A model generated the notes under the pieces. The model saw only the letters and a program-made list of their open reading frames with translations. It had not been told where the DNA came from and searched no databases. DNA of 64,000 bases from Gordius albopunctatus. Lineage: Eukaryota. Where the stretch lies: NCBI GenBank assembly GCA_964276515.1, contig OZ193909.1, positions 18,848,001 to 18,912,000 on the forward strand. The letters run 5' to 3'. The position numbers were made by a program, and so were the translations under genes. This document shows positions 60,363 through 64,000 of this stretch, in pieces (within the stretch, counting starts at the first letter, position 1; each line of letters opens with the position of its first letter).

Positions 60363-61108
60363 ATGGGAGTTTCAAATTTTACACTCCATGAGGTATGTTC
60401 CGTTTTCCCAATTACTGAAAAGAGTTTTGCCATGCTTATATTTTTTAAAATTGTTTTTTTAATTAGGTTATTTCTGGAATAAAGCTAAAAAATACAGAGT
60501 TGATCGAAATCTATAAAAAATGCCAAAAATTTAAAGAACTATCCAAGAAATTGAATGCCTACATTTCTGTATTATCAAATGATAAATTAGAAAAATTAAT
60601 CCAAACTAAGCGAGAGTTAGTTCAAAAGAATGTTTCAAATGAGTCATTGCATGCTTTGCCAATATCAATTAAAGACAATTTCTGTACAAAAGCTTTTAAG
60701 ACAACATGTGCATCCAAAATGCTGTCAAACTATAATCCTACATACAATGCCACATTAGTGGAAAAAGTTATACAATCAAATGGGATCTTAATTGGTAAAA
60801 CTAACATGGATGAATTTTCTATGGGGTAATGTTCTTCCTAATTCAGATATTTACTATATTGTCTAAACATAAATTGTATGAACTATCTGATATTATCAAT
60901 TCATATTCTCTATTTTAATTAGAAGCACAAATGTCACTAGTTTTTATGGGCCTGCTATAAATGCTTGGCAATCTAATGAGCTTGGCAAGAAGAACAAGAA
61001 TTCAGATTTAGTCAATAATATCAATGAAAAATATGATGATGACTTCAACATTGCAGGTGGAAGTTCTGGGGGCAGTGCTGTTGCAGTTTCCACAGGATCT
61101 GCATTTGT
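60363..61108 (+). CDS. QRSL1: Glutamyl-tRNA(Gln) amidotransferase subunit A, mitochondrial (GatA); 5' exons only
   Basis: Exons 60363-60392 (MGVSNFTLHE), 60467-60825 (LNAYI..LPISIKDNFCTK..TTCASKMLSNY..GKTNMDEFSMG) and 60923-61108 (FYGPAINAW..AGGSSGGSAVAV, amidase signature). The next expected exon (LGSDTGGS) was not found before the window end. Confidence 0.9.
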
Positions 61109-62168
61109 GTAAGTTTATTATTATTTCAATCATAATTTTGTATAAATTCAAATGACATAACTATTTAGGTAAACTTTATTGTGTTTAGAATATTTTAATT
61201 TGTATGGATAAGATAAGGTTTTGATAAATATCTTGTTGGAAATATAAATTTTTATTAATAAAGCTTTATAACTGTGTTGAAATCTTTTTTAACAAAGAAT
61301 TTATACCTATTGCAATCCTTTTATTACAATTTTGATTATTTATCTATTGAGTAAAATCATTGCTTTTTATATTGCGCATACTTTAAATAAATTGAATTGC
61401 ACAATATTAATTTTGGCAGTTTTTTGTAATTATTTAATTTATGCCCTTTAAAATATTTTTTATTCATTATTTGTCTAAAATGTGTAAGGTTTACCCTTAT
61501 AATTTGTTGATAATGTTTTAAATCAAAATATCTATTATATTTTTATGTTTAAATATATAAATAAATTTTGATAAATAATTATAATATAGTTATAATAATA
61601 AAAAAGGCAAAATAAAACTTTTCCTATTGAGGGTTGGCAAACAAATTGCTTACCAATAGTGATCTCCTATTATCCTCGTTTCATTGTAGTGCTTGTTTTT
61701 ATTTTTCTAAAATTACTATGAAGCATAAAGTACAAATTTTAATTTTTTTTAAAGCTATATATGCGTATTTGAAAAATAGAACCAACTCTTACCACCACCA
61801 AAATTTTATAACTATCTTTTTGGTAAATTGTTTAAGATTATATCTTCATTGTTATGTCTAAATTTTAGTTTTACACTGGCCAACAAAACTCAGGAATTCA
61901 ATTGAGAAATGCTTTGTAGATTTTGATAGAGCTTTTTGTGGTGTACACAAATGTTTGGGTCAGCATATGACTATGTTGGCTGGAGCTTGGCCCATTTAAT
62001 GGTCAACTTATTTATAAGTGACAAGAATTTTTAACCAGACAAGTGAGACTTAGATTTAGTCTAGATACTTCATAGCCTCTTGCATGAATGCAAATAAACA
62101 GTTAAGCTGTTATGGAGCAAAAATATAATGTGTATAAATAAAATAGGAATGCTTACCAATTTGTAAAA

Positions 62169-63409
62169 GGGCTATTCCATGTCGTTTCGTCAAAAAAAAA
62201 GACGATTTTCGGCCCACCATCTCAGATCGAGCTTATTTTTTGTGAGAATGTGGACCCTATAGGAAATAATAATTTCTGAAAATTTTAGCCATTTTGGGCC
62301 AATACTTTTTAAGTTATGGACGCTAAAATGGCCAAAATCACGCTCGAGTGCGTTTTACAAATTTTACTTTTATCGCCATAATTTCAAAAATATTGGTGCT
62401 AGCTTCGTAAATTTTAGTGCATTTTAATCCTTATAAAATCCTCTACCAGAAAAATTTAACCAAAAACCTCAAACTTTTGTGGCTAAAGTTTTGTGGTCAA
62501 ATTTGTACAATAAGTGGTTTTATGCATGGAAATTAATTGACACAAAATTGAAGTATTTTAATAAAATTATAGCCAGTTGAAACAAATAAAATTAATAGGA
62601 CATCGATTTTGTGCTTTAATTAATAGCGTTGTTGCACATATAGTTTTAATCATTTAATTGTAGAAAGCTAGGATGACCTGCCAGCTGCGACTTTATATCA
62701 TTTAAGGCAATAAAAAGCCAAGCAATTGTAATCTAACCCTGTAAAATTCAGTTAAAAAGTCAGAATGTAATATCAAATTCTCTTAAATTGTTTTAAATTA
62801 AGTCGATATTTAAAAATTTTCCATAAAATTATATTCCAACTTTGTTTATTTATCAGATATATCTTTACGTGGCCCTTTAATAATAAAGTATAGTTAAAAT
62901 ATCTGATTCGTAATAGTTGTTTATAGCTCCACCTATAAATTAATTTAATTTATTAATGTTTTTTGATTTCCTGACCACCCCATAGCCGTCCCCAAACTTT
63001 TTATTTTATAAATTTGATAATTGGGCATAGGGGAATCCCCATGATGAATTTGGTGATTATAGCTGCTGGCGAAGTAGGTTTTTTTGGATTCCAAAAATTT
63101 GACCACAAAACTTTAACCACAAAAGTTTGAGGTTTTTGGTTAAATTTTTCTGATAGAAAATTTTAAAAGGATTAAAATATACGAAGTTAGCACCAATACT
63201 TTTGAAAATATGACAATATTAGTAGAATTTGTAAAACACACCCGAGCAGGATTTTGGTCATCTTAGGGTCCATAACTCAAAAAGTATTGGCCCAAAATGG
63301 TTAAAATTTTCAGAAATTACTATTTCCTTTAGGGTCTAAATTCTCACAAAAAATCAGCTCGATCTGAGATGGTGGGCCGAAACCGTTTTGATATGTCATG
63401 GAATGGCCC
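62169..63409. mobile_element. Non-autonomous DNA transposon with ~320-bp TIRs (Sola2-like) in a QRSL1 intron
   Basis: 62169-62504 is the reverse complement of 63095-63409; termini GGGCTATTCCATG / CATGGAATGGCCC; AAAA on both flanks. Confidence 0.8.
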
Positions 63410-63493
63410 AAAAACACGATCATTGAATTGCACACATCAAAACTCTAAATCCTGAATACCTTAAGCCTTTTTTTGTATAAATAATCCTATACA

Positions 63494-64000
63494 TAGAGAC
63501 CTCCAACGGAATTTTAATAATTGCTAAAAATTAAATCAAACGCAATTTTGGTAAAATTATTTATTAAATAAAACGCACATAATTAAATTATAAATCGATA
63601 ATGGAACTATTTTGATGTAAAAAAATACAAGCATCAAAAATCTCCGAGTTTAAATTTGTTCTCCGCTCTTCAAAAATGCGGCCCGCGGACGAAAAACACC
63701 TCTACTCGAAGCAGATGAAGCAGGTGTTGAAAAAATCTTACAAGCAAGGCAGCTAAGCGCTGGAAATTGGCCACTGTGGTCTTTCCACCATTCCAATAAT
63801 TCTATATTTTTCTCGTTGATCTTTAACTTTATGTAACTGTCAACTTCATTCTCCTCTACTACTTCCTCCATAATGGATGTTTCATGCCAAGAACTAAAGT
63901 CTTGAAACGATGAACCATCACCAACTAGTTATAAATATTATATTTTAAGAATTAATTACCTTGAACTGAATGAGTGTTGGCACTAACACCAGTTACTTGT
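63494..64000 (-). mobile_element. hAT (Ac/ZBED-type) transposon 3' end
   Basis: Dimerisation-domain peptide EVDSYI..LLEWWKDHSGQFPALSCLACKIFSTPASSASS (63650-63871); terminus TAGAGACCTCCA at 63494. Confidence 0.8.

Noticed and set aside
60363..61108. Bacterial gatA from HGT or contamination
   Set aside because: Spliceosomal introns and host-like base composition indicate nuclear QRSL1.

Overview
AT-rich, intron-containing invertebrate (metazoan) genomic DNA, not prokaryotic; the species cannot be identified from the sequence alone. Five host genes were rebuilt by hand from phase-consistent GT-AG exons: the 3' part of coatomer gamma (COPG, +), a complete SLC35F1/F2-type transporter (-), a 3-exon, ~1594-aa four-domain Nav2-like channel (-), a ~1525-aa Blimp-1/PRDM1 (+), and the 5' part of mitochondrial GatA/QRSL1 (+). 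Introns and spacers are dense with hAT-type MITEs and hAT remnants, plus a Helitron and foldback elements; a ~12-kb nested TE stack (MULEs, three RTE LINEs, a Gypsy 3' end) lies at 48.4-60.3 kb. Main findings: (1) the channel ORF is intact but has an apparent D-Q-Q-T selectivity ring and eroded voltage sensors; (2) an RTE LINE carries a tRNA-derived Pol III head inside its 14-bp target-site duplication and has few T4 terminators; (3) a MULE with a perfect 9-bp TSD ends 24 bp before the QRSL1 ATG; (4) a CAGGTA/NRF1/IR1-rich regulatory island lies upstream of Blimp-1; (5) one palindrome supplies the first AATAAA for two convergent genes. All family assignments come from remembered motifs, not database searches.
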